This document shows, in pieces, positions 40,771-53,337 of a DNA stretch of 64,000 bases. Source of the stretch: Eledone cirrhosa (lineage: Eukaryota); the NCBI GenBank assembly GCA_964016885.1, contig OZ024740.1:116622001-116686000 (forward strand). Direction: 5' to 3'. Each line of letters begins with the position of its first letter. The first letter of the stretch is position 1. The notes beneath the pieces were generated by a model, which worked only from the letters and a program-made list of their open reading frames with translations, searched no databases and was not told the origin of the DNA. A program made the translations under genes and the position numbers.

Positions 40771-43624
40771 GTTTAATCTTTGCGTATTAGAAAGGGAGGC
40801 AATAAATTGTTTATTTCCCCCAGCTCATTTTGTGGTAAATGGGTGAAAGAGATATTTTTAAATTCTGGTCACCACTTAATGACGTCCCACCCTCAATATA
40901 TGTTAAAGGTAAATAATTAATAGTTAAAATATCTGATAGAGTAATTGTACACAATACTATCCTATTTTACAATAATTAGAGAAAAGAAACGTTGAAATAA
41001 TAAGGGCTTATAATTTAGGGTGTCGGATTAAATGCCTCGGTATATTTTTGCAGTTTGCTTACGCTCTGAGTTCAAATATCACCGAGGTTAATTTTTCCTT
41101 TCAAACTTTATGTCAATAAAAATGTACGAGTCCAGGGGCGATGGATTAGTGAAATCGTTAACGAGTCGGTATCTGATCAGATTTTGTGCATTCTAAATTC
41201 AAATTCCGCCGCTTTCTACCAAGAGCTGCAACCGGTAAAGAGTACCACCAATGGAAACATTGTTTCCTTGGTCCGATCAGTGTTTTCTTTATAATTTCAA
41301 TTTACAGTATAGCCTTAAAACTGTTAAAGGACCATCAATATATTAATCGAAATAATGAGCAAGAAGGCCTTATATATAAAATCAGGATAATTATTCCAGC
41401 ACTAAGTGCCAGAAGCAACTTATTCTCATTGAGCCAGTCTTGTTTTCCTTTTAAGGCGCTCAGAACATTGGCAAAAGTTGGCGAGTGTTTTTTAGTCATA
41501 ACACAGTCTAGATGACTAACACTTTTGTAACAAAGCAATTGCAAAAACTGAATTTTGAAAGACAGAAGAACGTTGTAATGTGTATTACAATCCCTTATCT
41601 TCACCAGGGAGATCTAAATCAATAGCGAAGCTTACCCCTTAAGATGTCATTGTAGATAGAAGGCTAGGATCATTGGGCCTCAGTGTACTATTGTGCTTAT
41701 TAGAATCACCTCACTTTGATAAACACCAAATAGCTCTGTCGTTTTTGTTGCAAAGTTCATTTGTGCCGTAGTTAGTATCACCTTACTTTGCTTAACTTTA
41801 TATGACTGATGTAAAACGACTTTATAAAAGCTAACGTAATGTGGCTGAACTTCTACTGATACTTTGTTTGTACAATATTGTGCTTTTATATTTAAAGAGG
41901 ATTTTAGACTCTTTTGAAACGCAAAAGTTCATTCCTGTGAAATGTAGATGTGTATTAGAACAAAAGAGACCATTCTTCTTGAAAAGTTTGTTTACTTAAA
42001 GAAATTTCTAAGAGTTTCTTTTCTCCCCCAAAAAGTTTGTGAAACCTTCATGAAAATTCGCATATATTTTTAATTATGAACTTTCATGAAAAGTCGCGTA
42101 CATTTGTTTTGGAATTATGAAACTTATACTTAAACGCTTTCTAAAGTTTAGAAAAAATAAAGTTAGTAGTCATGGTAACGGTGAGTTACCGCCGCCGCCA
42201 GCTTAGAGTTACTTACCTTAACGTATGTTATGCATTGTGGAACAAACATACAAATAGACATTTTCAAACATTATATAGATGAAATCTTGTAGTTTTGTTT
42301 GCTTTCTTTTGTTTTTAGTGATTGCTAACATGCGTATTTCTATGCTTCTTTGTATTGTTCTAAGCTTCTGTTTCATATGCTTAGCCATCGGTCATGTCTG
42401 CCCCGTAAGTCAATGTTGGTGGAATACATTGGTCAAACACTGTGCTTCAGATGATATTTCTCTTCCTCACACGTAACACCTGATGGAGTCGTGGGGCGGC
42501 ACAGTGATATACGGTGTTACTTGGGCATTTCTTACACATGGCAGAGCCCATCTCTCTAGGTCTGAACACAGCTGATCTCTTTCAGTGAAAGAGAGAGTGA
42601 TAGAGAGGAAGTCAGAAAGAGATATAGAGGCAGAATTGACCCCAGTACTAGATTGGTACTTTTTTTATCGACTTAGAAACGATGAAATGCAAAGATGACC
42701 TTGGCAGGAGGATACTACAGAGCATTCTAGCTGACGTTCTAATGCCAATTCACCGTCTGTGCATGTATCTATGGTAACATAGCAACAGCAGGTAACTGTC
42801 TAAGCCAGTGAGTGGTTATGAATGCGATTATTACGTCATATTTCATTTAGAATGAATGGGGAATATTAATGAATTTCAAAACGAACTGAAAATAATTTTT
42901 TTAAAAATATATATGAATTTTCGTCAGTATCATGACAACTACTAATGCCAAATGTCATACAATTCTATGAAAACGAAACTGTAAGATTACCATTAAAAAT
43001 AATTTATCTAGAAATATTAAGGACTAAGACTAATCAAACATCTTCAAAATAACATCCCAACAAAGGTTATCGCTAATTTTAGCATTTAATGTTCTATTTA
43101 CATTGCTGTAGCACTCTTAAAGATTACTCTTTTCTAAAAAATAAACCGTTTGTACTAATATAATTCTGATGAGAAAACTGACAAATTTATAACAAAAAGT
43201 TTACTTTATGATAAATTACTTCACCCAGTTAGCAATACATTTCTAACACATAATATAATATATATTGCCAAACAGTCATCAAAATAAAGAAATCTAAAGC
43301 GATACAATGTGATATACTTAACATATCTTGTATTTATCATTAATTGCCACTTCGTAATGGTCATCTAATACTGTATCTAATCAAAAATGACGTGGCAGAT
43401 ATATAGAACACATTATCCAGTTTCATCACACTGATGGATTATGTTGAAAACAATCTTAAAATTCTAGCCAAATGAGAATAATATTCGTGTAGCTCTGTTA
43501 TGTATTATAATTTTGGATGGCAACTGTAATATATGAAATCATCTTTAGAAAAAAATTATTTAATCTAGATTTATTTGATATAATGGTAATTTTTGTTTAT
43601 AGAATATATCATGTAAATACAGTT

Positions 43625-43955
43625 TAATAGAAAAAGAAAAAAAGAAAATTTAGATTGAGAAGAATGGAATGTAACATAGGAAAATATAAAGAAAAAAGAG
43701 AAAAAGAAAAAATCCGGAAAAGTAAGAAAATGGCAAGGGCTCTTGTGTCACAGAAGAATGAGGAGGAGTAAGGGGGTGGATGATTGGGTTCTGGGCCTAG
43801 GGCACAGCGGTAGAGGGGTTGCACCCCGCGGACAAGACCACAAAAGCATTCCCGTGGACAATGGCCAGCGACACCCGCTGCAACAGCCACCCCACCTCGC
43901 ATGACACCTTCTTCAGACGGGCCGCCGACGTTCCAATCTTGCAGAGGAGCTCTTG
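43625..43955 (-). mobile_element. Probable LINE 3' UTR fragment, related to 30450-30580
   Basis: Shared GGG.TCT.G.CC.AGGG..CAGCGGT motif followed on the minus strand by a pyrimidine-rich tail. Confidence 0.35.
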
Positions 43956-44049
43956 TAAAAAATGACGTAATCAATCAAATAAATTGCTGCTGCTTTTTCT
44001 ATTTTCACCGTTATAATAAGCTAGACTAAATATACACCTGTGTGTGTAC

Positions 44050-44260
44050 TGGACCTCCGTCGATTTCGACAATGAGTATTCCAGTTATTCAAATAATGGA
44101 ACAGCTTGCATGTAAAATTAACTTGTATGAGTCCTAGCATTCCTCTGACAAGTTTACCCTTAATATAGTTCTCAGGGAGATTCAGGGAGATACATTATCT
44201 GACTAGATTGGGTCTTTGAATTTACAGCTTATGTTTGACAGCTGACTGAATTGGAGCATC
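44050..44260 (-). mobile_element. Family A SINE 3' part, decayed
   Basis: CTCCGTCGATTTCGACAATGAGTATTCCAG..ACCCTTAA..CTCAGGGAGATTCAG..TGGAGCA. Confidence 0.7.
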
Positions 44261-44489
44261 AGCAAATATGTGGTTAAATATTTTATATCAATTTTTCTTA
44301 AAACTAAAAATTATGATATATTTTGGTAAAGCAGTCTAACACTCCCCAACAATTTAAGAAAAATATTCCCTTACATTTGTCCTCTCATATTTCTTGAATA
44401 GTTTATGTCCATGTATTATTTCATTTTTACTAGTAAAAACCCGTCACAACGCTGTCGGTAAAATATTTGTTAATTATCTATCGAGGACG

Positions 44490-44720
44490 GGTAAAATTCC
44501 CGAGATTCATGGACGAGTTCTCTCCAGCGGTCTCTGTCCTTCATCATCGCCGCTAAGTCCCGCGTCTCCCAGAGACCAGTGGCTGTCCTTAGGGCATCAA
44601 CATTTGTCATCCTCGGTCTCCTTCTTTCGGTGTGTCCGTATAGGGGTTCCCACAGGACCACTGAGTGCAGTGTCAACTCTAAATGTCGTTGAGCATGTCT
44701 AGCTAACCCCAGTCTCATCT
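44490..44720 (-). mobile_element. RTE-like LINE 3' fragment (second family)
   Basis: VVLWEPLYGHTERRRPRMTNVDALR..TGL..DLAAMMKDRDRWRELV. Confidence 0.7.
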
Positions 44721-45040
44721 GTGTTACTTCATAAAGTGTTCAAATAATGTTTAGATTGAGTTTCACAGTGAAGATTAATAACAGTGTGAAGACTACTGAA
44801 CAATAACATTCATTTAGAATACTTTGTTTCATATTCTACAGAATATGTATATTTATTGAAAAATAGCTCATAATTTGTTATGACGTCACCGTATTGTTGA
44901 ATTAACGCTTTAAACTATCTATCATTCACATACTCTCTCTCACTATCTTTCTCGCTTTCTCTTTTTCTTTAACAACTTTTCACTCCCCCCTTCTCCCCTC
45001 TACAAATGTGTGAAAGAAAAGAAACTGTTGAGAGAGATAT

Positions 45041-45119
<79 letters not shown>

Positions 45120-45297
45120 TGTTGACATGCTATAAAAAGTCTTTTTAAGTCTATCGTCATCACTTTCATTCCGACGTCATAAAACCATCCATCTCTCTTT
45201 CACACACTCTCTCATTCTCACTGTCTTTCTTTTTCGACAACGACTTTTCACTCCTCTCCCCTTTTCTCTCCTAACAGAGAAACATCTCTTTTATAAT

Positions 45298-45463
45298 TGT
45301 TTCTACTTTTTGGCACAAGGTCAGCAATTATCCCAGTGCATTACTAGTACTTTATTTTATCGACCCCGTAAGGATGAAAGGCAAAGTTAACCTCGGCGGG
45401 ATTTGAACTCAGATCATAAAGGGAGGTAACTCTATGCTTCAAAGCATGGCGTCCGACCCTCTA
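45298..45463 (-). mobile_element. Family B SINE (short variant) with probable target-site duplication
   Basis: Consensus match; ACATCTCTTTTATAAT flanks both sides (45281-45296 and 45463-45478). Confidence 0.9.
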
Positions 45464-45599
45464 CATCTCTTTTATAATAACGGAAAAACTTGGGCTATTA
45501 ATCTTTTCCTTTTTTTTTAATAACCTCTCTTTGTATAGTTTAGAAGGCGAAACAGGGGAGAAGCGACAGTGTGACAAACTCGTAAAAGGTTGGATTTTG

Positions 45600-45701
45600 A
45601 GGTCGATAAATAAAGTACCACTTCAAGTCTCTCTCACTCTGTATATATATATATATATACAGAGTGAGAGAGACTTGAAGTGGTACTTTATTTATCGACC
45701 T
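45600..45701. repeat. Perfect 102-bp palindrome centred on (TA)9
   Basis: AGGTCGATAAATAAAGTACCACTTCAAGTCTCTCTCACTCTG-(TA)9-exact reverse complement. Confidence 0.95.
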
Positions 45702-45865
45702 GTGTGTGTGTATGTGTGTATATATATATTATATATATACACATGAATTTCGTTTTTCTAAAGAAATTCGGTATGTTTATAAATAAACATTTAGAAAACC
45801 GTAGCTCTACAAAAACACTGGCAGCTATCGCCACCCAGCGGTGTCCAGCAGAAGCAAGGAGGACA

Positions 45866-45909
45866 ATCGTCGATGCATTTCGAACTCGACTGGTCCTCGT
45901 CAGGACGAC
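45866..45909 (-). ncRNA. Minimal type I hammerhead ribozyme, canonical core
   Basis: Minus strand GTCGTC-CTGACGA-GGAC CAGTCGA GTTC-GAAA-TGCA-T-C-GACGAT. Palindromic helix III ATGCAT, AUC site at 45872. Confidence 0.85.
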
Positions 45910-46160
45910 CTCTCCCGCTCTTGTAACTGCTGGACTTTGAAAACAGACGAAAATATATTGTTTTCGTCTGTGTAACTTATAATACAATAGAATTTGAATT
46001 TAGCTTCGAACACACGCACACACGCGCACACACACGCACACACACGCACACACACGCACACACACGCACACACACACACACACATACACATACACATATA
46101 TATATAACATATGTATATATGTATATATATATATATATCAACTCGTGTGTTACTTTTCTA

Positions 46161-46274
<114 letters not shown>

Positions 46275-46397
46275 TTATATTTATTAAAATAACAGATTAA
46301 AGTTTAAGCAAAGAATCGCTGCTTTCACCCTTATCGAGCCCTCTCTGGATTTTAGTCTTCAATTTTATTATTATTACTATATATATTTATATATATG

Positions 46398-46651
46398 TGA
46401 AGGCGCATGGCTTAGTGGCTTGCAATCGAAAGGTTGTGAGTTCAATTCTCGGACCGGGTGATGTGTTGTTTCCTTGAGCAAGACACTTTATTCCACGTTG
46501 CTCCAGTTTACTCAGCTGTAGAAATGAATACCAGCCTGCCCGCCCAGCCAGTGGGATGGCGTTATCTTATGGCTAAAACAGCACGACGTGCTGTGACCAG
46601 CGGCGCCGATTGGCGCCCGACAGACTGGTCGGTCAAGGTGATCAAGGTGAT
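46398..46651 (+). mobile_element. Family A SINE with alternative 3' tail (..GGTCGGTCAAGGTGATCAAGGTGATA)
   Basis: Same head and core as 34737 with a different 3' half; the tail alone also occurs on the minus strand at 24354-24390. Confidence 0.8.
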
Positions 46652-47449
46652 ATATATATATATATATATATATATGGGAAAAATCGGCTGTGTTCTGACC
46701 TGAAATGCTATATAACAATTTGCAGACGAAATGGGCGAATATAATATTAGGTAGGCAGATGAAGTTGACAGTAATGGACCTTGAAAGTCATCAGTAGTTG
46801 GAAAATAAAGGAAGGAAAACAGATAGATAGTATGCGGGTATGTGAGAGAGAAAGGGAGTGGGGGAGAGAAAACAAGACATAGTGACAGAGAGAGAAAGAA
46901 TGACAGAGAGGATGAGAGAGAGGTAGAGGGGAAAGAAAGGGAGAGAGAGAAAGAAAGGGGGAGCGAGCGAGAGAGGGTATAAAAGAACTGAGGGTGCAAA
47001 ACTGGAGGAGACCAAGCGTTGACTGACCGTTTTCTTTTTTGTGCTTGGTCCTTGGACTGCCGTTTTCGTCCGCCAAATCCAGTGTGTAGCTGAGATGTAG
47101 TGTCCGGCTATGAGTATAGGGATTGTCCTCTCGTTATTTCTTCCTCTGTATGTAATTATCCCCTCCATATTTTCTTTTTCTTTCCTTGTTTGTAAATATA
47201 TACACCACACGATTTACTACAATATCTTCAATTTGGCAGTAGGTATTTATTTTTGAATGGATGTTGAGATACTATGAAATAAGTTGTTCACGTTCTTATT
47301 ACACTATTAGGTTATTTAAAAATTTCAAGGAGATGTCATAAAATGGTAGATACACCGAAAATAAATACGTAATAAAATTTAAGATTACACCATAAATTAC
47401 TGGATGTTGATAAATTCTGTTTGATGTAGTGGTGCACTGCAAACAATAT

Positions 47450-47493
<44 letters not shown>

Positions 47494-47525
47494 ATATATA
47501 TATATATATATATATAATAAATATC

Positions 47526-47565
47526 CCGAGCTGAAGATCCGCGAAGGTGAAACAATTGTTCTCGG
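47526..47565 (+). ncRNA. Minimal type I hammerhead ribozyme in an ~85-bp insert within (TA)n
   Basis: CCGAG-CTGAAGA-T CC GCGAA GG T-GAAA-CAATTG-T-T-CTCGG. Palindromic helix III ACAATTGT, GUU site at 47560. Confidence 0.75.
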
Positions 47566-47591
47566 TATGGTGAACTAACTGTTGTGTAACC

Positions 47592-47652
<61 letters not shown>

Positions 47653-47656
47653 AATA

Positions 47657-47839
47657 ATTGTTTCTACTATTGGCACAAGGCCAGCAATTATCCCAGTACA
47701 TTACTGGTACTTTATTTTATCGACCCTGTAAAGATGAAAGGCAAAGTTAACCTCGGCGGGATTTGAACTCAGAATGGCCGTAACTCTATGCGTCAAAGCA
47801 TTGCGTCCGACCCTCTACCGATACTGCCAATCCACCGCC
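47657..47839 (-). mobile_element. Family B SINE (short variant)
   Basis: Consensus match ending CCAATCCACCGCC. Confidence 0.9.
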
Positions 47840-47868
47840 ATATATATATATATATAATACAAGTGGAA

Positions 47869-48036
<168 letters not shown>

Positions 48037-48251
48037 GGGGGGGGAGAGGGTATCAGTGGAAGTAGTAATTACACCCATAGTACCTTGATACGGTTATTCA
48101 GTGTATCCTATCAAGGTGTGCCCGGCACCGGCGGGATCTTTTGCTAGTGTGCTATAAATACATGTGAGCCTCGCTATCAAAGAACATTTATTTTTTCGTA
48201 ACGAAAAAATTATTTTTAAGCTTTGTATTTTCTCTGTGAATATATATATAT

Positions 48252-48351
48252 ATAGTGCCGACAGAGGTTTGTGTAGAAAAGGACTGATAACTTCATATGA
48301 ATGTAGCAGTTCTAGTCCTTTTCTATATAAACCTCCTCTGTCGTCACTATA
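48252..48351. repeat. ~100-bp imperfect hairpin flanked by TA repeats
   Basis: ATAGTGCCGACAGAGGTTTGTGTAGAAAAGGACT versus AGTCCTTTTCTATATAAACCTCCTCTGTCGTCACTAT. Confidence 0.8.
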
Positions 48352-48456
48352 TATATAACCGTCTTCGTTTGTGTAGTTGGTGGTGCGAGTACCGAGCTAA
48401 ATATTATAATAAAATAACAGGAGGCTGGACTTGTGTAAATCCTTGAAAGGTTTATT

Positions 48457-48514
48457 ATACTATGATCATTTCAATGACCGGGTTCCGTATGAATCCGGTG
48501 ATATCATCAGGTAT
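48457..48514 (-). ncRNA. Type I hammerhead motif in left arm of inverted duplication 48401-48760
   Basis: Minus strand ATAC-CTGATGA-TATCACCGGATTCATACGGAACCCGGTCATT-GAAA-TGATCA-T-A-GTAT-AATAAA. Confidence 0.75.
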
Positions 48515-48646
48515 TCGAAATATAATAAATGAATGTAATTGAGGGCGACCGGCTAAAGTGGAAGATGCTAGATGGTCGGTCGTCCTCGGGTCTATGATTT
48601 TCAGCCCCATGGATTGTATCTGTTACATTCATTTATTATATTTCGA

Positions 48647-48704
48647 ATACCTGATGATATCACCGATTTCATACGGAACCCGGTCATTGAAATGATCATA
48701 GTAT
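48647..48704 (+). ncRNA. Type I hammerhead motif in right arm of inverted duplication 48401-48760
   Basis: ATAC-CTGATGA-T..ACCG..CGGT..T-GAAA-TGATCA-T-A-GTAT, with AATAAA at 48705-48710 and AUA site at 48700. Confidence 0.75.
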
Positions 48705-48750
48705 AATAAACCTTTCAAGGATTTACACCAGTCCAGCCTCCTGTTATTTT

Positions 48751-48839
<89 letters not shown>

Positions 48840-49065
48840 TATATACATCCACCCATCCATCTATAGATACATACATTATGCACACCCAAGCCTTGAACAT
48901 GATGCCTTGAAGTTGGCGGTTGAATAACTTCGAATGCAGTTATCATCGCTTCCCTCCAGGCATCTCTTTGATGGCCTATGGATGGAGATAATCATACAGT
49001 CTGCTTGCAAGGGATGCTTTTAAGATACTAGTGTGATTCTCTAGAAGCCGAACAGGTCAAGACAA

Positions 49066-49096
<31 letters not shown>

Positions 49097-49128
49097 TGTA
49101 TGTATGTATGTATGTATGAATGTATGTA

Positions 49129-49947
49129 TCTCTTTCTCTTAATTTCGAGTATATTTTTTTGACTGGCCACCTTCCTGGTGGCAAGGTTGTAAAAGAAAAG
49201 AAATTGTCATCCCTTGAATCGCAAGAATGTTTTGCAAATTTTGAAGGTGCCAGCTATCGCAGCCATTTGTAGACTATGAATTAGGGAGCTGCGCTTTTTG
49301 TCCGCAAATCGAAGTTGAGTCATACTTTGGTCCAAGCGGGTTGGTATATAACCCGTAGTTCCAATAATGATGGGTATGAAGCTAAAGGTGTATCTTGGAT
49401 ACTGGATTTGTAAACTCCTCATCAATGGTCCGTAGATGTCCTCCTTCTCCTGTATTTTTCTGACAACGTTTACATCAAGTGGGCAGCTGATCTCCACAAC
49501 AGAACACGTTTTCAATGTGTGGTCCCAAACAACAATATCAGGCCGGTTGTGCATTAATTTGGTGGCAGTTTTTATTTTCAGGTTCCACCAGTATTCCTTA
49601 GTGCCATCTGTCTCAATATATTCCTCCTCGTTTGTTGTTAATTTTGTTTTCCGAAGTGCGTTCCAGATGGTTCTAGCTATCCCATCGTGTCTCATGGGGA
49701 GGTAGTAGCGAGATGACATTCTTTCGCAGCTGGCAACAATGTGGCTTACATCCTCGATCTTTGTTTTACATAGCCTACATTTATTGTCAGCTGCTGGCCC
49801 TCCTCTTTTGTGCAGCAGATATTTGGTCAATTTTTTTATCTTGTTTGAACATTGAATAGGATCTTCCGATTTCTCTGGGTGAGAGATTTATATCAGGCTT
49901 TATTCCATATCTCTCCTCCAGATCAGTCGCTATTCTAATGATATTTT
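49129..49947 (-). mobile_element. 5'-truncated R4/Dong-like non-LTR retrotransposon (CCHC plus RLE), second family
   Basis: ORF 49207-49830: TKYL..CRLC..HIVASC..YLPMRHD..YWWN..HNRPDIVVWD..VVEISCPLD..EKEDIY..PIIIGTTG..KICKTFL; flanked on both sides by (TATG)n. Confidence 0.9.
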
Positions 49948-50049
49948 TTATGTATGTATGCATGTATGTATGTATGTATGTATGTATGTATGTATGTATG
50001 TATGTATGTATGTATGTATGTATGTATGTATGTATGTATGTATGTATGT

Positions 50050-52031
50050 GACAGGTTGTACTGGGATACATGTTACCAGTAGCACCAACTGGTGACCTGA
50101 CATAGTCTCATGGTCGGGTCGTTGGCGACTAAACTGGCAACCCCACCAAGGTTTCTTGGTGAGGAGGGTGACTTTGGACATCCTGCAGGACTAAAAACAA
50201 AACCTGTCAACGGGCAAAGAGCTCTTAAGAGTCAATGGCCATCCTAAATCACCGGGAGAGATGACCCCTTAGCCTCTGTCAAGGCAGAATTCTAGGAGAA
50301 GGAAAACTCTGATATAACACCTGCAACTCTGATGGTATCCAATGATGTTGACTTGTTCTTCTTTTTGGTAAATATCATCTTGGTTAAGAGAGTGGGACTG
50401 GCTTTGTGCAGTGCCTTTGCTCACTATAAAAGCTTCACGGCACAGGCATTGCTTTATATCTGGAGATCTCTCTGCCCTTGTTGTCACATGGTACCATGGG
50501 CCCAGCACTATGTGTCAATAATTGTCACAAGTGTATTGTTTGTACCAGAGTTTTCAAGTCGCTGGCTGGACTAAAAAGTCACACTCGTTCAGCGCTTCGG
50601 TAGGGGTTCTCCTACATGGATATAAAGTAGTGGCCGTACTCGAAAACGAGTTGGCAGCCACCACCATGTATGTATGTATGTATGTATGTATGTATGTATG
50701 TATGTATGTATGTATGTATGTATGTATGTATGTATGTAGTTATTTATGTATGTAAGGGCAAAGGAGCTCTTAAGAGTCAATGGCCATCCAAAATCACCGG
50801 GAGAGATGAGCCCTTAGCCTTTGTCAAGGCAGAATTCTAGGAGAAGGAAAACTCTGATATAATACCTGCAACTCTGATGGTATCCAATGATGTTGACTTG
50901 TTCTTCTTTTTGGTAAATATCATCTTGGTTAAGAGAGTGGGACTGGCTTTGTGCAGTGCCTTTGCTCACTATAAAAACTTCACGGCACAGGCATTGCTTT
51001 ATATCTGGAGATCTCTCTGCACGTGTCGTCACATGGTACTATGGGTCCAGCATTATGTGTCACAAGTGTAGTGTTTGTACCAGAGTTTTCAAGTCGCTGG
51101 CTGGACTAAAAAGTCACACTCGTTCAGCGCATAGGTAGGAGTTCTCCTACATGGATATAAAGTAGTGGCCGTACTCGAAAACGAGTTGGCAGCCACCACC
51201 ATGTATGTATGTATGTATGTATGTATGTATGTATGTATGTATGTATGTATGTATGTAGGTATGTATGTATGTATGCATGCATAGATGTATGTATGTATGT
51301 ATGTATGCATGCATAGATGTATGTATGTATGCATGCATATATGTATGCATGGATGCATGTATGTACGTAAGTATGCATGTATGTATGCATGTATGTATGG
51401 GTGTATGTATGTATGCCAGTACAACCTGTCTCCTGGTCGGGTCGTTGGCGACTAAACTGGCAACCCGACCAAGGTTTTTTGGTGAGGAGGGTGACTTTGG
51501 ACATCCTGCAGGACTAAAAACAAAACCTGTCAAAGGGCAAAGGAGCTCTTAAGAGTCAATGGCCATCCAAAATCACCGGGAGAGATGACCCCTTAGCCTT
51601 TGTCAAGGCAGAATTCTAGGAGAAGGAAAACTCTGATATAACACCTGCAACTCTGATGGTATCCAATGATGTTGACTTGTTCTTATTTTTGGTAAATATC
51701 ATCTTGGTTAAGAGAGTGGGACTGGGTTTGTGCAGTGCCTTTGCTCACTATAAAAGCTTCACGGCACAGGCATTGCTTTATATATGGAGATCTCTCTGCA
51801 CTTATCATCACATGGTACCATGGGCTCAGCCCTATGTGTCAATAATTGTCACAGGTGTAGTGTTTGTACCAGAGTTTTCAAGTCGCTGGCTGGACTAAAA
51901 AGTCACACTTTTTCAGCGCATCGATAGGGGTTCTCCTACATGGATATAAAGTAGTGGCCGTACTCGAAAACGAGTTGGCAGCCACCATGTATGTATGTAT
52001 GTATGTATGTATGTATGTATGTATGTATGTA
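50050..52031 (+). mobile_element. Three tandem non-autonomous RTE-derived elements, each ending in (ATGT)n
   Basis: Units at ~50050-50666, ~50754-51200 and ~51416-51986 share a 3' end (GAGTTGGCAGCCACC) but have different 5' starts. They carry CTAGGAGAAGGAAAACTCTGA (RTE 5'-UTR-like) and C..CTRVFKSLAGLKSHTR (RTE C-terminal C2H2-like). Confidence 0.75.
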
Positions 52032-52440
52032 TGTATGTATGTATGTATGTATGCGTGTAGCTGTATGTATGTTTACGATTACACTGCTAAGGACTTGTGT
52101 ATGTTTATTTCACGTAACTTAGTGTTTCAACAAATAGAGATCAATAAAATTATTACCAGACTTTAAAAAATATATGTAAGAACTGGAGTTGATAATAATT
52201 CATACACAGAAATTACGTAATATGATGGCTGTGGCTTGGTACAGTCAGTTTACCAGGGCTCGGTGCGGGTCAGTGGTTGCTTATCGGGATATATTGTGAC
52301 AGGACGGAGGTTTGTTTAACAGCAAAATGGATAGTATCTGAGGTCGAGATAAGGCGTTTACTTTATATCAAACTTGGGTTCGAGGTGGGTTTGGTTTTCT
52401 GACTGTGTTTTGTTAACTGGTTAGAGCAATCAACGGTATT

Positions 52441-52523
<83 letters not shown>

Positions 52524-52689
52524 ACCAAGTATAGCACTAAGAAAAATATAGACTTCGGCGAGAGATGATAGAAAGAATTTATTGGCTTAAACATGTTTCT
52601 CTGCCTATTATAATAGTATACATATGCTGACTATAATATATATTGTTCAATCAAATGCATTACTTAATCATTAGTATTATTTTTTCACA

Positions 52690-52803
52690 AGAGTTCAAAT
52701 CCCGCCGAAGTTAACTTTGCCTTTCATCCTTACGGGGTCGATAAAATAAAGTACCAGTAATGCACTGCGTAATTGCTGTCTTTGTGCCAAAAGTAGAAAC
52801 TAT
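52690..52803 (+). mobile_element. Family B SINE (short variant), 5'-truncated
   Basis: GAGTTCAAATCCCGCCGAAGTTAACTTTGCCTTTCATCCTTACGGGGTCGATAAAATAAAGTACCAG. Confidence 0.9.
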
Positions 52804-52840
52804 TATTTTTCCACATGTCTTCAGAAAGCTTAACAATTTG

Positions 52841-52874
<34 letters not shown>

Positions 52875-53199
52875 GGGTGCGGACGATATTTGTTCGCAAT
52901 TTTCAACTGCTAATTTTATGCAAATTTTTTTACTTCCGTTGTCACTCTTGTCTTCATAAAAACAGTGACTATATTTCCATTATTTATTTTCAGAATAATT
53001 GATTATGAATAATTTTGAACCTCCAAATTTGTGAGATCGAAAGAACAAGTCATGAAGACAAACTGACCCAAGTTTGATAAATAAATCTTAATAAATAAAA
53101 CTACTGTGTTACATTTTCCTAGACAGTAATCTTGCAAACAAATATCGTCTGCACCCTATATATATATGTATGTGTGTGTGTGTACATATATGACATTCT

Positions 53200-53337
53200 C
53201 CTATAGTTTCCGTTAACAAAATTGTACTTACAAGACGGTGGTCGTCTTGACGCTATAGAAGACACATGCTCAAGATGCTACACAGAGGGGCTAAACTCGA
53301 AGCCATGTCGTTGGGAAATGAACTTCTTAACTACACA
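53200..53337 (-). mobile_element. Decayed tRNA-derived SINE, family C (also ~30325-30425 on +)
   Basis: Minus strand GTGTAGTTAAGAAGTTCATTTCCCAAC..CTTGAGCATGTGTCTTCTATAG, similar to GTGTAGTGAAGGAGTTCGCTTCTCAACCA..CTTGGGCCTAGTGTCTT at ~30332. Confidence 0.55.

Noticed and set aside
50956-51138. C2H2 zinc-finger gene (CSVCTRVFKSLAGLKSHTR)
   Set aside because: It is a single finger inside a triplicated element immediately before the retro-tail, and fits an RTE ORF C-terminal relic.
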